36,290 nt of DNA from a virus (IMGVR_UViG_3300037692_000673:1-36290), one strand, 5' to 3'; shown: positions 10,164 through 19,976, counted from the stretch's first letter. Numbers and translations: made by a program. Notes: generated by a model not told the origin, from the letters alone.

Positions 10164-10598
10164 TTATCCTCGCTGTCGTGTTCGTTCGTATTCAAAAGTG
10201 ATATTCTTCTTCACAAGAAACTGCCGGTTGTCGGTGGAAAAAAGCTGTGATGCTGTTTCCGATGGTGACCAGGCTGATTCCATCCCGGGAAGGCCAAGCA
10301 GATTTTCATCAAGCGCGCTCTCTATGCTTTTCACAAGGGCGATCACACCGGCCTCACCGACCAGGCTGTCGTCCCCGTCAAGTTTCACCATGGCAATACA
10401 GGTAACCTGCAGGGTCTCTTCAACCATGCCACCACCCAGCTCCACACGTCGCACTGTCCCGTCTTTCAAGCCGATGGATGGTTGTCTAAGACCGCTTGGG
10501 ATCAGCTTCTCATCAGGTGTGATGTACACATCCCTTTTTGACTTGATCCCCGGCAATGCCTGTAAAACAGGTTGAATGGTACCTAAAATTGTGTCCAT
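10164..10598 (-). CDS. Tail terminator/completion protein (Mu gp37-like position)
   Basis: 144 aa between gp36 and tail tube. Confidence 0.55.
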   Translation of the reverse strand: MDTILGTIQPVLQALPGIKSKRDVYITPDEKLIPSGLRQPSIGLKDGTVRRVELGGGMVEETLQVTCIAMVKLDGDDSLVGEAGVIALVKSIESALDENLLGLPGMESAWSPSETASQLFSTDNRQFLVKKNITFEYERTRQRG

Positions 10599-10599
10599 C

Positions 10600-11019
10600 T
10601 CACCATCCCTTCATGGAATCACGGGAGAAGACCCGCCCGGATGAGTCGATTTTCGGTAACTCGCTTTCGCCACTGTCCGGATCAGTTGCTCCCAGGGTAA
10701 CTTGGCCCTCCGCAATGCGATCCAGAAGCTTAATTGCATTCAGGTACCGCTTTTCCCAGTGCTCCGTTGGCCCTTCGTGGTTCCGGGCATACAAGTTGTA
10801 AACAGCAATATCCTGTGCAATCTTGCTTACAATTCCCGGTACCGGATTGAGTGGCAGGGAATAGCGCTCGCCAAGGTATGAGTCGACTTCCACCCCAGCC
10901 GCCTCAATAGCTGCATTGACTATAGCCTCATCAATGACATCAAGATCCTGATCGTCTGTGAGACGAAGCAGTTCATCATCACTCAGTTTCTTTTTCAGGT
11001 CGTCCAGGGTGGCGTACAT
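10600..11019 (-). CDS. Head-tail connector, Mu gp36 / DUF1320 family
   Basis: MYATLDDL..., VDSYLGERYSLPL, YLNAIKLLDRIAEGQVTLG. Confidence 0.9.
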   Translation of the reverse strand: MYATLDDLKKKLSDDELLRLTDDQDLDVIDEAIVNAAIEAAGVEVDSYLGERYSLPLNPVPGIVSKIAQDIAVYNLYARNHEGPTEHWEKRYLNAIKLLDRIAEGQVTLGATDPDSGESELPKIDSSGRVFSRDSMKGW

Positions 11020-11363
11020 TATTTATTTTCCTTCTGATAACGTTCCCAGGCTGTATCCCGCTCTTTGGCTGTGACCTTGCCCTGCAAAAGTGCTTCAAGG
11101 GCGGGAAGCTGAGGTTTGCCGTCACTGGTCCATTGGGTACCATCCATCGGTTTCATTTGATGGATGGCTGCAACGATCGCATCCTCAGTGATTGGATCAG
11201 GTTCATGATCCTCTACATGGGAAACCCTGAGCATAGGTTCCGCCTCAAGATTATCCAGCTGCTCCTTGGTGAAATGATCATCAGGATAACTAGCGGGTTT
11301 TTCAGAATGGGCAACTCCCGCTCTCCGGAATCCTTCCTGTTTGCTTACAATAATGATGGTCAT
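11019..11363 (-). CDS. HI1506-related (FluMu gp35-like) protein
   Basis: GFRRAGVAH...FTKEQLDNLEAEPML motif after the capsid gene. Confidence 0.8.
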   Translation of the reverse strand: MTIIIVSKQEGFRRAGVAHSEKPASYPDDHFTKEQLDNLEAEPMLRVSHVEDHEPDPITEDAIVAAIHQMKPMDGTQWTSDGKPQLPALEALLQGKVTAKERDTAWERYQKENK

Positions 11364-11428
11364 GCTATTCTCCTTGTGTCCCAGGGGGCGAAGATTCGCT
11401 CCCTGGGTTATTCACTTATGCGTTCGGA

Positions 11429-12349
11429 TCAGCCTTCGCCGGTGGATCCGTAACAGAGCTGCCACAGGCCATAGCCAGCGTTTCCACGAGACTCGGCACC
11501 AAATTTGTATTTCTTCCGGTTGAAGACATCGTCGGAATCTGTGTTGGTCTGCTGGACAAAGACAGGCTTTTTACGCTGCTGAAAAATGACAGGTTTCACC
11601 GGACGGCTGGTATCCAGAAGGAACCAGGCTGTATCCGAGGTGAGTTGGTCATTGACCACAACCTCTGCGGTGTTCTTGTAGGGATTGGGTTTACCATCTT
11701 CAAGCCTATCGGTGGTCTGGAGAAGATTTGCTGTATCTTCAAGGGCGGGTGGTACCATGAGGACATTGGGTTTCACACCAAGTGGTCGGCCTTCGTCATC
11801 TTTGAATTTGCGCATGGCAGTACGGGCTGCACCATAAGAAGCCATAGCTGCAGCCAGAGTGGTAATGGCAAGAGCAGCAGTCCCCTTATTGGAAACGGAC
11901 ACAACACCGCCTTCACCATCACCCACCGGATGGTCGGTATCGCAAAAGTACTGGCCGTCATAACACTTATTGGCGAATGCTCCGTCCATCACCTCACCGC
12001 AGATCTCATCGGGCCACTTTTTAGCAGAGGATCCTGCTTCCTGGGCCATGGGATTGTAAATACCGATCTGGTCATCATCGATATGGTTGCGATCCACCTC
12101 CACAGTGGCCTCAAAATCCTCATTGAGGAGAGTGTATTTAAAAGCGGAAAGGGACCGAAGGGCCTTGTCTCCAATCCATTTGCGCATCTTGGGAAAGCTG
12201 GAGAGCCAGGAGTAATCTTCCTGACTGGTGGTGGACGGTACCAGCATGGCATACTTCTGCCAGGTGGTTTCCGCTCCGGCAAAAGCCTTGTTGAAAACGG
12301 TATTGAGGCTGATAAAGATTGCCGCAATATTTGCTTTGTTAATGATCAT
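11429..12349 (-). CDS. Major capsid protein, Mu gpT family
   Basis: VPSTTSQEDYSWL, FEATVEVDRNHIDDD, CYDGQYFCDTDHPV, AGYGLWQ. Confidence 0.95.
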   Translation of the reverse strand: MIINKANIAAIFISLNTVFNKAFAGAETTWQKYAMLVPSTTSQEDYSWLSSFPKMRKWIGDKALRSLSAFKYTLLNEDFEATVEVDRNHIDDDQIGIYNPMAQEAGSSAKKWPDEICGEVMDGAFANKCYDGQYFCDTDHPVGDGEGGVVSVSNKGTAALAITTLAAAMASYGAARTAMRKFKDDEGRPLGVKPNVLMVPPALEDTANLLQTTDRLEDGKPNPYKNTAEVVVNDQLTSDTAWFLLDTSRPVKPVIFQQRKKPVFVQQTNTDSDDVFNRKKYKFGAESRGNAGYGLWQLCYGSTGEG

Positions 12350-12398
12350 TTGAAGTCTCCTTTAACTGGAATTTAAAAGCTGATAAAAAGGTTATGGG

Positions 12399-12803
12399 TC
12401 AGTTGATTTCCACCAGCACACCCTCATCGAGGATGGCAAGGCATTTCCCGGCCACGATACTATTGGTGCCCCCGGCGCTGGCTACGGTCTCGTCATCTTC
12501 CACGTAGATATCAGTTAAGAGATGGGCAATGGTGACCGCGTTGGTAGTAGAGTTTTTGAAGATAAAACCTTTTTTCCTTCGGATGCTGATATCCAGATCA
12601 CCATTCGCTCCTGCTGAGTTATCGACTTGCTCATCGGCCATACCCACCACCACAAGTCCTGCCACATCGGCTGCAGGCTGGATGTAACCGGATGCATTTT
12701 TAGCAGCCATACTTCCGGCATAAACTTTTTGTGTCGCACCCATACCTACGACGAGTATTTCGCCGTCTTTAATTGGGGTGTTTCTGTCTTTTGCTAGAGC
12801 CAT
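12399..12803 (-). CDS. Head decoration/cement protein
   Basis: MALAKDRNT..., IYVEDDETVA...AGK motif; lies between protease and capsid. Confidence 0.7.
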   Translation of the reverse strand: MALAKDRNTPIKDGEILVVGMGATQKVYAGSMAAKNASGYIQPAADVAGLVVVGMADEQVDNSAGANGDLDISIRRKKGFIFKNSTTNAVTIAHLLTDIYVEDDETVASAGGTNSIVAGKCLAILDEGVLVEIN

Positions 12804-12857
12804 TTTCAATTCTCCCGATGTTCATTCATCTTCGATGAAGATTTATTGGTTTGTGTC

Positions 12858-13385
12858 TTATCCTTCGTTAATCTGGCCGTACTCTTTCAGATCCTCTGCG
12901 GAAACATCCATAAGCTTGGCAACAGCCAGCACGGAATCGGAAAGAGCGTCCTGTTCAGCCTTGGTCTGACCCTCAGGGAGTTTACGTATCGGAATAACGA
13001 CCGGAGCTTTTGAAACAAAGGTCTTGAATCCGTTCAGATCTCGACCGGCATATTCCTCCGCCCACTCCTTTTGATCCGGGGTAATCTTGCCATCACTCAT
13101 GGCCTTGGCCACGATTTCATCACCATCACGTTTCGCAAGTGTTCTGGTCAGCGCGTCAAAGTCTGCCTTGGAGACCATGGTCTTTTCAGTCTGCTTCAGG
13201 GCGTGGATAGAGGCGACCACTGTGGACTCATCATTCGTATCCACTCCCAGAGCGTCAACAACCGCCTTAGACACAACTTCCACCGGTGACTGTTTCTGCA
13301 GCTCGGCAACTGCGGCCACCACATCGTCTTCAGTTGCGTCCTCTTTAAGCTTCAGGGCAGCAATCATAATTTTCAGTGAATCCAT
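12858..13385 (-). CDS. Internal in-frame scaffolding protein (Mu gpZ-like)
   Basis: AAGGAG RBS 6 nt before an in-frame ATG (MDSLKIM...) right after the protease domain. Confidence 0.65.
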   Translation of the reverse strand: MDSLKIMIAALKLKEDATEDDVVAAVAELQKQSPVEVVSKAVVDALGVDTNDESTVVASIHALKQTEKTMVSKADFDALTRTLAKRDGDEIVAKAMSDGKITPDQKEWAEEYAGRDLNGFKTFVSKAPVVIPIRKLPEGQTKAEQDALSDSVLAVAKLMDVSAEDLKEYGQINEG

Positions 13386-13862
13386 TCCGTTCTCCTTGTT
13401 GAGTTCTGCCCCAAGCTTTGCCAGGAGCGGTTTAATGTTGTTTGTTCTGGGCGCATTGGTAAGCGCCACACTGTGTACAGCGACAAGGCGTTTATCCTCT
13501 TGCCGGATGTTGAAGACAGGGGAGAAGTAGCGATATTCCCCCTTGGCCAGATACCCGGCAGCTTCTTCTGTCCATTTGATTCGTGCCTCAATCCCAATAC
13601 CCTCGCTGTAGCGCCACTCCCGGCACCATCCAGCTGCAGGAGCTTTGACATCGGCCAAGGTCTGATGCTCGTAATCAAAGACAATATCTACACCTCTTCT
13701 CACAAGCCTGGCCTGAACAACCTTCCAGGAAGCATGATCGACCAGGTAAGTGCCAACACCTTCCACCTCGTTTTTTCCTTCAGGAAAGATGCAAAACCAC
13801 TCGGGCAAATGCTCTTGATCGGGTTTCAAGCCCAGGGCTGCAATGATGGTCAGTAGTTTCAT
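12858..13862 (-). CDS. Prohead protease, Mu gpI family
   Basis: IVFDYEHQT, APAAGW, EYRYFSPVF, SVALTNAP. Confidence 0.95.
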   Translation of the reverse strand: MKLLTIIAALGLKPDQEHLPEWFCIFPEGKNEVEGVGTYLVDHASWKVVQARLVRRGVDIVFDYEHQTLADVKAPAAGWCREWRYSEGIGIEARIKWTEEAAGYLAKGEYRYFSPVFNIRQEDKRLVAVHSVALTNAPRTNNIKPLLAKLGAELNKENGMDSLKIMIAALKLKEDATEDDVVAAVAELQKQSPVEVVSKAVVDALGVDTNDESTVVASIHALKQTEKTMVSKADFDALTRTLAKRDGDEIVAKAMSDGKITPDQKEWAEEYAGRDLNGFKTFVSKAPVVIPIRKLPEGQTKAEQDALSDSVLAVAKLMDVSAEDLKEYGQINEG

Positions 13863-14320
13863 ATTTTCCTCAACATGATGTAGTCGTTTAGTTCTGCCAG
13901 TATCTCAACCCAGTCCTCATCCTGGACCAGGAGATATTCTCTTGCTGGAATAGTGACTTTTTTGTTTCTGCCTGCCTTGCCGCCAAACTGATGGATCGCA
14001 CCATATTTTTTATCAGTGCCGACCATCACGGAGTTATGACCAACCTCACTATGTATGGATCCCAGAAGGCCACCGTGATAGCCCTGGTCAACGAGTATGC
14101 TGCCTCCTTTTTTCTTCGCTTCCGTGGCTGGTGCCAGCCGTTGCCATTTCTGGGGCCGACCGCCTTTGGCAAAGTTTTCCTCTACAGAGTCCTCTACAAT
14201 GTCACCAATGATTTTCAGTGCAGGCTGCAGGTGGCCGAGCCGAAGTTGCATTTTCTCCAGCTGCTCCCTGATCTGCCGATCCATGATGGACATTGAAATA
14301 TTGACTGCACTGCCTGCCAT
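13859..14320 (-). CDS. Virion morphogenesis protein (Mu gpG / tail completion S family)
   Basis: WQRLAPAT, VGTDKKYGAIHQFGG, IPAREYL. Confidence 0.92.
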   Translation of the reverse strand: MAGSAVNISMSIMDRQIREQLEKMQLRLGHLQPALKIIGDIVEDSVEENFAKGGRPQKWQRLAPATEAKKKGGSILVDQGYHGGLLGSIHSEVGHNSVMVGTDKKYGAIHQFGGKAGRNKKVTIPAREYLLVQDEDWVEILAELNDYIMLRKI

Positions 14321-14322
14321 AC

Positions 14323-14351
14323 TTGATCTTTTCCTGTTTTTGACTTACAAT
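14323..14351 (+). promoter_or_regulatory. Putative sigma70 promoter, antisense to the late operon
   Basis: TTGATC (14323-28), 17 nt spacer, TACAAT (14346-51). Confidence 0.5.
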
Positions 14352-14357
14352 AATGTT

Positions 14358-14430
14358 AATGTTGTGGCGATTGAGTCGCGGATCAATAATCGCCATAAAC
14401 AGAGCCGGGGGCGCCGCGACAACCTGTCGG
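14358..14430 (+). ncRNA. Candidate pseudoknotted small RNA convergent on MuF
   Basis: Hairpin 14365-14395 whose loop GTCGCGG (14375-81) is complementary to CCGCGAC (14414-20); boundaries approximate. Confidence 0.4.
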
Positions 14431-14433
14431 TAC

Positions 14434-15696
14434 TTATTCCTTTCTGTAAACCAGCTGACCTGTTCTCTGTTTGTTCAAATAATTGAGCTTTATAATCGGC
14501 ATCATTGTCCAGGCCTCAATCCATCCATCTTTTGCTTCACAAATCACCAGCACTCCTTTTTTTCCACGACCTACCGGCAGCAATTTGATGATTCGCTGTC
14601 TCAAAACCACCTTGCCAGTGCCCTTGTGCCGATCAAAGCGCTGCCACACCTCTTGAGGATCTGTCAAAGTTTCCGGCAGGAAAGGCAGGTAAGGCGTCCG
14701 GTTCAGGTCAATGTGGCTGATCAAAGTCTCTGCGTTCATCAGGAGGTCATAACGGATGCCCTGAGGAGCAGAAAAACTGTATACGCGTTCAGGCCCGCCA
14801 ATGATCTTTTCCAGGGCCGTTACCGCTGCCTCAGGCTCAACAACCTTCGGACCGATTGAGGCCACCGGAGTGTCCGGCTGCAGCTGTTCTGTCAAACCGT
14901 ATGTTGCCCAGTTCCCAGGTGTGAGAACCTCCCAGGCATCGTTTTTCATGCCCCGGTACTCATCCATGACCTGATTCGATAGTCGTTTTCCCCAGGTGGC
15001 AGCACCGACGTTGTAATCCCAGCCGGGATCAATCCCCACTGGCACCTGGTGAACCTCACCTGTCTTTTTATTTGTCCAGTCGTAGTGCTCAGCCTCAGGC
15101 GCTTTTGTTCGTACTGGATACGGGCCGTCTTTTTCTTCCTCCTGCAGCTGCTCAAGCTGCCTGGCTGAAAGATTGCGAATGCCGCATTTACAGCCCCAAC
15201 CGTTTCGCGGACTATGGGTCTCCCAGAAAAGATCATCATAAGGGAGCACCAGGTTGTACCATTGCTTATGTTCTTCCCTGGGATTAGCCGATCTTGAAGC
15301 CATGTAACGCCAGTACGGTCTGACAGAAAGGACATCAGGATCGGTCATGGCCTTGTACTTCCCGGCATCGTATGCCGTTGCCAGGTTCGTTTGATAGATC
15401 ATGGCCGAACGCCAGTTACGGTTGCCCTTGTATTGCCAGCCGTGACGCTCGACTATGGAATCAAAGTCTTTTTTGAACTCGGCAAGGGTTGTGCCCTGGC
15501 TTATGGCCTTATCAACCGCCTTGCGAAAATCAAGAAGCAGCTCCGCTTTCGTTGCACCAGCAACCACAAATGCCCGGCTATGCATTCCTTGCCACAGATC
15601 ATCCCAGGCATCAGTGGGAAGAGTCACTTTTTGCTTGAAAAATGCTATGGCATTACTAAAGGGCAGTGATACGTATTGAGCAGACGGCCCCCTCAT
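14434..15696 (-). CDS. MuF (gp30) minor head protein with C-terminal PBECR2-like nuclease-fold domain
   Basis: MuF motifs IYQTNLATAY, RPYWRY, PRNGWGCKC, GIDPGWDYN; about 180 aa extension with RTPYLPFLPETLTDPQEVW. Confidence 0.85.
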   Translation of the reverse strand: MRGPSAQYVSLPFSNAIAFFKQKVTLPTDAWDDLWQGMHSRAFVVAGATKAELLLDFRKAVDKAISQGTTLAEFKKDFDSIVERHGWQYKGNRNWRSAMIYQTNLATAYDAGKYKAMTDPDVLSVRPYWRYMASRSANPREEHKQWYNLVLPYDDLFWETHSPRNGWGCKCGIRNLSARQLEQLQEEEKDGPYPVRTKAPEAEHYDWTNKKTGEVHQVPVGIDPGWDYNVGAATWGKRLSNQVMDEYRGMKNDAWEVLTPGNWATYGLTEQLQPDTPVASIGPKVVEPEAAVTALEKIIGGPERVYSFSAPQGIRYDLLMNAETLISHIDLNRTPYLPFLPETLTDPQEVWQRFDRHKGTGKVVLRQRIIKLLPVGRGKKGVLVICEAKDGWIEAWTMMPIIKLNYLNKQRTGQLVYRKE

Positions 15697-15789
15697 ACCG
15701 CACCCATGTTTAAACTGTGTTTAAATTCGCCTGTATTTGACGTGCAGGAGCACTCTGGTGGCTGGAAGCACAATGTCCTCAAAAAACGT

Positions 15790-17349
15790 TTACAGGCCAT
15801 TTTCAGCCTCCACGTCAAAACGACCGGCAAGCTCTGCCAACGCAAATGCCTGCTGCATGACGTCTGCAAGTGCGGTCGTGTCCATTGCACCATAGAGAGC
15901 GAGTAAACCGTCCCGGAATGCTTCAAGGCTATCCACCTGGTCGAGCAAATCTTTTACAGGCTGTAGCAGCTCCTCCATACTTCCCTGGGCCAGGGTCTTT
16001 TCTGTTAAAATATCGATCTGGTCTTTATTGGTTGAATCCTTGGCAACAATGATCTTGGCGCTTTCTGTCTTTAATGGCTCTACTGTAACCGGGCCACCCA
16101 CCATCTCTTCCTCACCCTCACGATCCGGGATACTGAAGGAGCGGTTCACAAAAGAAACCGGCATGCGTAAATGCGCCAGCATGTTGCCCATCCATTCGGA
16201 CTTCGCCACCAGGTCTTCCGGCTCTTTAAAGATGGCCTTGTATTTTGGCAGCGCTGTATCCCAACCAAAATTGAAGCCGACAAGAGGCCGGATCAGCTGA
16301 TCACGGATAGTGGAAGCAATGGCACGTCCATCAGCACGGAGGAGATCCAGGCGCACTTCATTGTGCGTTTTAGATGCGGCGTAGCTGCCCTTGCCATCAA
16401 CATCTGTTGTCAGTGTCTGGCCAAGAATGGCCTTGGATATCTCGCCATTACAAAACGAGGCAAGAAGTTTGTAGAGATCGCTGGTTCCCTTGGTAACGTT
16501 CTGGACAAACTCAATCTCTGTGGACTTGGAAATTATCCCTGCTGCATCACTGCCCAGGCTGGTAATTGCCCGACGAAGAGCGTCTTTCTCCGGATCTGAC
16601 GCCCCCTGGTCATATTTGCCAAGTCGCAGAGGCATGCCGAATATCTCACAAAAAATCACCCAGTCTTTGATTGCGTAATTTTTAAAGAGCACCATCCAGG
16701 AGGCCACCCGGTAAATGCCGGAACGGGTTGGGTGTCCGGACTTGCCGCCATATTGATGAAAAAGCACCTTCCAGGCCGGGATCTCCATCCCCATGGAATC
16801 TTCATCTGTGACCAGGCGTGGGAATTTTTGAAGCAGTCCTTTTGGATCCATAAAGGTGCAGCGTTTCTGTTCCAGGAACTCAAGAGCAATGGGTACGGCC
16901 TGGCCTTCGGAAACATCCCAGTTTATTTCTTGCGCTGCATATCCCTTACCCACCGCATCCTGCATGGAGAGAATGCTCTCATCCAGGTCAGCCATGCCGT
17001 CAAGTGTCTTCTGAACAAAGTCTGCTACCTGCTGCCCCTTGGCATCTTCAGTGGCCGGTTCCACTTTGAAGTCCAGATCAAGGATCACATTCTTGCGTTT
17101 ATCTCGTTCGCAGAGCAGATGGCCGTCCTTTTCCTCAAGCAGTTCAAACAGCTCGGCCTGGGAGCGCATATCTCCAGTATCTGCAGCTTTGTAAATCTTG
17201 GCCAGCCGTTCAGGGGTAAGACCTTCTGTCACGTACTCGCGAAAACTGTCCAGCATCGGAGCTACACCCAGAGGGGTTTTGTCGGGTGTTTTGGTTTGGG
17301 ACAGGTTAATTTTTCTATTGAACTGGTCGTAGAGTGTTACTGATCCCAT
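15790..17349 (-). CDS. Portal protein, DUF935 / Mu gp29
   Basis: EIFGMPLRLGKY, ISKAILGQTLTT, DQLIRPLV..NFG. Confidence 0.95.
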   Translation of the reverse strand: MGSVTLYDQFNRKINLSQTKTPDKTPLGVAPMLDSFREYVTEGLTPERLAKIYKAADTGDMRSQAELFELLEEKDGHLLCERDKRKNVILDLDFKVEPATEDAKGQQVADFVQKTLDGMADLDESILSMQDAVGKGYAAQEINWDVSEGQAVPIALEFLEQKRCTFMDPKGLLQKFPRLVTDEDSMGMEIPAWKVLFHQYGGKSGHPTRSGIYRVASWMVLFKNYAIKDWVIFCEIFGMPLRLGKYDQGASDPEKDALRRAITSLGSDAAGIISKSTEIEFVQNVTKGTSDLYKLLASFCNGEISKAILGQTLTTDVDGKGSYAASKTHNEVRLDLLRADGRAIASTIRDQLIRPLVGFNFGWDTALPKYKAIFKEPEDLVAKSEWMGNMLAHLRMPVSFVNRSFSIPDREGEEEMVGGPVTVEPLKTESAKIIVAKDSTNKDQIDILTEKTLAQGSMEELLQPVKDLLDQVDSLEAFRDGLLALYGAMDTTALADVMQQAFALAELAGRFDVEAENGL

Positions 17350-18872
17350 TACCAGGCTCCTTTTTTGGCAAAGCGTCGTTTGGAGACGGATTCGAATTGA
17401 ACTTCTCTGCCGCCAACCTGTAGCAGCGCCACCGCACCTTCCAGTGCATCCGGGCCGTCATCATTGATGTTTTTATTGTTGATATAGATCAGTTGTTCCA
17501 CTAGCAGATCCTGATCTGAATGGCCTTTCTCAAATTCTATCTTTTGGTGTTCCACCAGATAGCTGAGTGTGCCGATGATTCGCGACTCTTTGTTTGTGGA
17601 ATGGTGAACAGCCTGCCATGGCAGGTAGCGGCAAACTTCTTTTGCATAGTTGTAAATTGCCTCATGGAGGAAATCTTTGAGCATGTTCTCTTCGATGCCT
17701 ACGATCCCGCCATACTGGTCGTGTTGGGCGTAGATTGCCCTGAACATATCCCCAACAGAAAGGTGGCGGATTGTGGCATGGAGACAACGGAATTTCATGC
17801 TCGAGCGATCCAGCCCCATGGTGATAATCGCCTTGTAATCGTTGTTTTCTCCATTTTTGGCAGATGGATCCACAAAGGTAGCAACATCCATCGGTGTTAC
17901 GTGGATCTCCGAACGCTTAAAGAAAACAAACCAGGATTCCTGAAATGGGGAATCATCGTCGCCGGTGAGGTTCATCATCTCGGCGTTAAAATCCCTGGTG
18001 CCCATTGTGCGTTTTTTCTTTATCAGCCGTTCTGGTGGCCAGAGCGCAGGAAAAAGAGGGCGTTGTTCAGGCTTGCCGTAATCTATCCAGGCCCGATAGA
18101 CCCTTGAGATGTAAAGCGTGTTCCCCTCTGCGTCTTTTTCAGCAATGAGCTGGGAGAGGACAGATTTGGGATGAAACAGGTTGCCCACCATGACAAAGAG
18201 AAACCCTGTCCCCATAGAGCCAATCACTGCCCGCTTGAGCCAGCGCATTCCTTTCACTACAAGCTTTGGATTCTCAACATTCTCATCATTTTCAAAATCA
18301 TCGACTGCGGCAAAATCTGGGCGATTTTGGCGGTTCTTCAAGCCGCGCACCTTTTCGCCTTTTCCTCTAGCCAGGGTTCTTGTGCCGTTGGCAGTGGTAA
18401 AATCTCCGGTTTTCCAGGTGCCTCCTTTCAGGTCTCCAAAATCATGGCGCAGCCGGATATTGTCCTCAAGCTCCAACCGGATTGGTAACGTGAATCCCAC
18501 AGCCTGGTCATTGGTGTCGCTGATGATGAGCTGAAATTTTTTAAGCCCATAAACGATGTTGCGAATCGGGATGGCAAACGACCAGAATGTAGACTTGGCA
18601 TGTTCACGCGGGGCAGCGACCAGGGCGACCTCATCCTGCAGCTCGGAGAGTTCTTCCCACTCTTCGTGGAAATCACCGAACTCCACTGGGAAATAGTGAG
18701 GCAGATAGGTCTTACAAAAGTACAGCAGGTCATGGCGGCCGAGTTCGATACGGGCGGCTTTTTTCTCCGGGGTATCATCTTCAAAGGGGGAAACGGATTC
18801 CGTAATCCATCCCTTGATATCCTTTACCCAGGCGTCAAACCTGTTCTCTGTTAATTTAGGCCGCTTGCGCAT
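17349..18872 (-). CDS. Terminase large subunit
   Basis: AAPREHAKST Walker A, VRG..RPD...DDFEND, nuclease DPS and DDGPDALEGA; start placed at MRKRPK. Confidence 0.93.
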   Translation of the reverse strand: MRKRPKLTENRFDAWVKDIKGWITESVSPFEDDTPEKKAARIELGRHDLLYFCKTYLPHYFPVEFGDFHEEWEELSELQDEVALVAAPREHAKSTFWSFAIPIRNIVYGLKKFQLIISDTNDQAVGFTLPIRLELEDNIRLRHDFGDLKGGTWKTGDFTTANGTRTLARGKGEKVRGLKNRQNRPDFAAVDDFENDENVENPKLVVKGMRWLKRAVIGSMGTGFLFVMVGNLFHPKSVLSQLIAEKDAEGNTLYISRVYRAWIDYGKPEQRPLFPALWPPERLIKKKRTMGTRDFNAEMMNLTGDDDSPFQESWFVFFKRSEIHVTPMDVATFVDPSAKNGENNDYKAIITMGLDRSSMKFRCLHATIRHLSVGDMFRAIYAQHDQYGGIVGIEENMLKDFLHEAIYNYAKEVCRYLPWQAVHHSTNKESRIIGTLSYLVEHQKIEFEKGHSDQDLLVEQLIYINNKNINDDGPDALEGAVALLQVGGREVQFESVSKRRFAKKGAW

Positions 18873-19383
18873 GTTCGGTTTTAAATTGGAGTACCAGTGT
18901 ATCAAAATTCCTGGCGAGTATTTTGAACCCTTCAGGATCTATTTTTTGCAGTTGCCGCGCTATCCATTCAAAATCTTCGAGGAAGATGGCTGGTCTGTCT
19001 ATGTCAACCGGTGTAACTGCTTCCATCTGCTTGGCGGCTTCTGCCCGCTCGATATCGTCCCACTTACGAACGATTGCTGCTGCCTTACTGAGCGCGTCAT
19101 AATCCTGAGAGCTTCTATCTTTTGCAGGTAAACTACGGATGTACTCAAGCTGTTCACGGAACAGAGCACGCAACTCTTCAATAAAATCACGGTGCCGTTG
19201 ACGGGCTAATTCCCATTCGTCATATTTCTCATTTGGTGATTTAGTAGCGGCTTTCCATCTGGAAAGACTGGTGACCGAGCTATCCAGAAGACCGGCAATT
19301 TCATCAAGGGTTTTGCCTTGAGCGTAGAGGTCTTTAGCAACACCCTCTTTTGCAGCGCGATCGCCTTTTTTACCCACGACCAA
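18856..19383 (-). CDS. Terminase small subunit-like (DUF1804) HTH protein
   Basis: N-terminal HTH (GKTLDEIAGLLDSSVTSLSRWK) directly upstream of the large subunit. Confidence 0.75.
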   Translation of the reverse strand: MVVGKKGDRAAKEGVAKDLYAQGKTLDEIAGLLDSSVTSLSRWKAATKSPNEKYDEWELARQRHRDFIEELRALFREQLEYIRSLPAKDRSSQDYDALSKAAAIVRKWDDIERAEAAKQMEAVTPVDIDRPAIFLEDFEWIARQLQKIDPEGFKILARNFDTLVLQFKTEHAQAA

Positions 19384-19621
19384 GCTCCCTGTTTAGACGG
19401 GCTATGCGGTGTTCCTTTCCCTGCAGTATCGCATAGGTCAGTTCCAGCTCTCTTGCCTGTTCAGTAATCATAGGCATCTCCAGTTCTTGAATGGGCGTTA
19501 ATGCGGTGTTTAAATTTTCCCGAAGCAAGCTGCAGAGACCTTCAATTTTCAATTTGAGGCTACGTGTCTCGTTTTCGAGACCATAGAGCTGCCCCTCCAT
19601 TTTCAGGCGTTCGTTACCCAT
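19370..19621 (-). CDS. Hypothetical coiled-coil protein
   Basis: 83 aa, overlaps both neighbours. Confidence 0.65.
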   Translation of the reverse strand: MGNERLKMEGQLYGLENETRSLKLKIEGLCSLLRENLNTALTPIQELEMPMITEQARELELTYAILQGKEHRIARLNRELGRG

Positions 19622-19976
19622 TGTTAATGTCCTTTGGTTTTGCGTGTTTTCTTACAATGGGGCAGTGCATGTTGTTTAGCGCTGCTTCCTTTGCTTCTGT
19701 GACCTCGACTGTTGTCCACTGCACAAGTCTTTCGTACCCCTTGGTCATGTCGCGGTATCCCTCTGTGAGTGCCACAATGACGCCGGTTTGGGTGAAGTTG
19801 TTTTCGTACATTTCGACTACTGCTTCGAAACGTCGATGTTGTGCTATGGAGACAACGACCAAAATCAGCCAGGGAGCAAAGAACATCATAATTAATGCTC
19901 CACCCACCTTCGCCATGCCAAGCTGGCTGATGAGGCCTAATACCGCAGTGAAAAATTTAATTTCTTCCGGACTCAC
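19614..19976 (-). CDS. Membrane protein of lysis/packaging region
   Basis: GTG start after AAGGAG; hydrophobic segment GGALIMMFFAPWLILVVVSIA. Confidence 0.6.
   Translation of the reverse strand: MSPEEIKFFTAVLGLISQLGMAKVGGALIMMFFAPWLILVVVSIAQHRRFEAVVEMYENNFTQTGVIVALTEGYRDMTKGYERLVQWTTVEVTEAKEAALNNMHCPIVRKHAKPKDINNG

Noticed and set aside
15693-15926. 77-aa ORF bridging portal and MuF
   Set aside because: Mostly overlaps the portal gene out of frame; no RBS or family features
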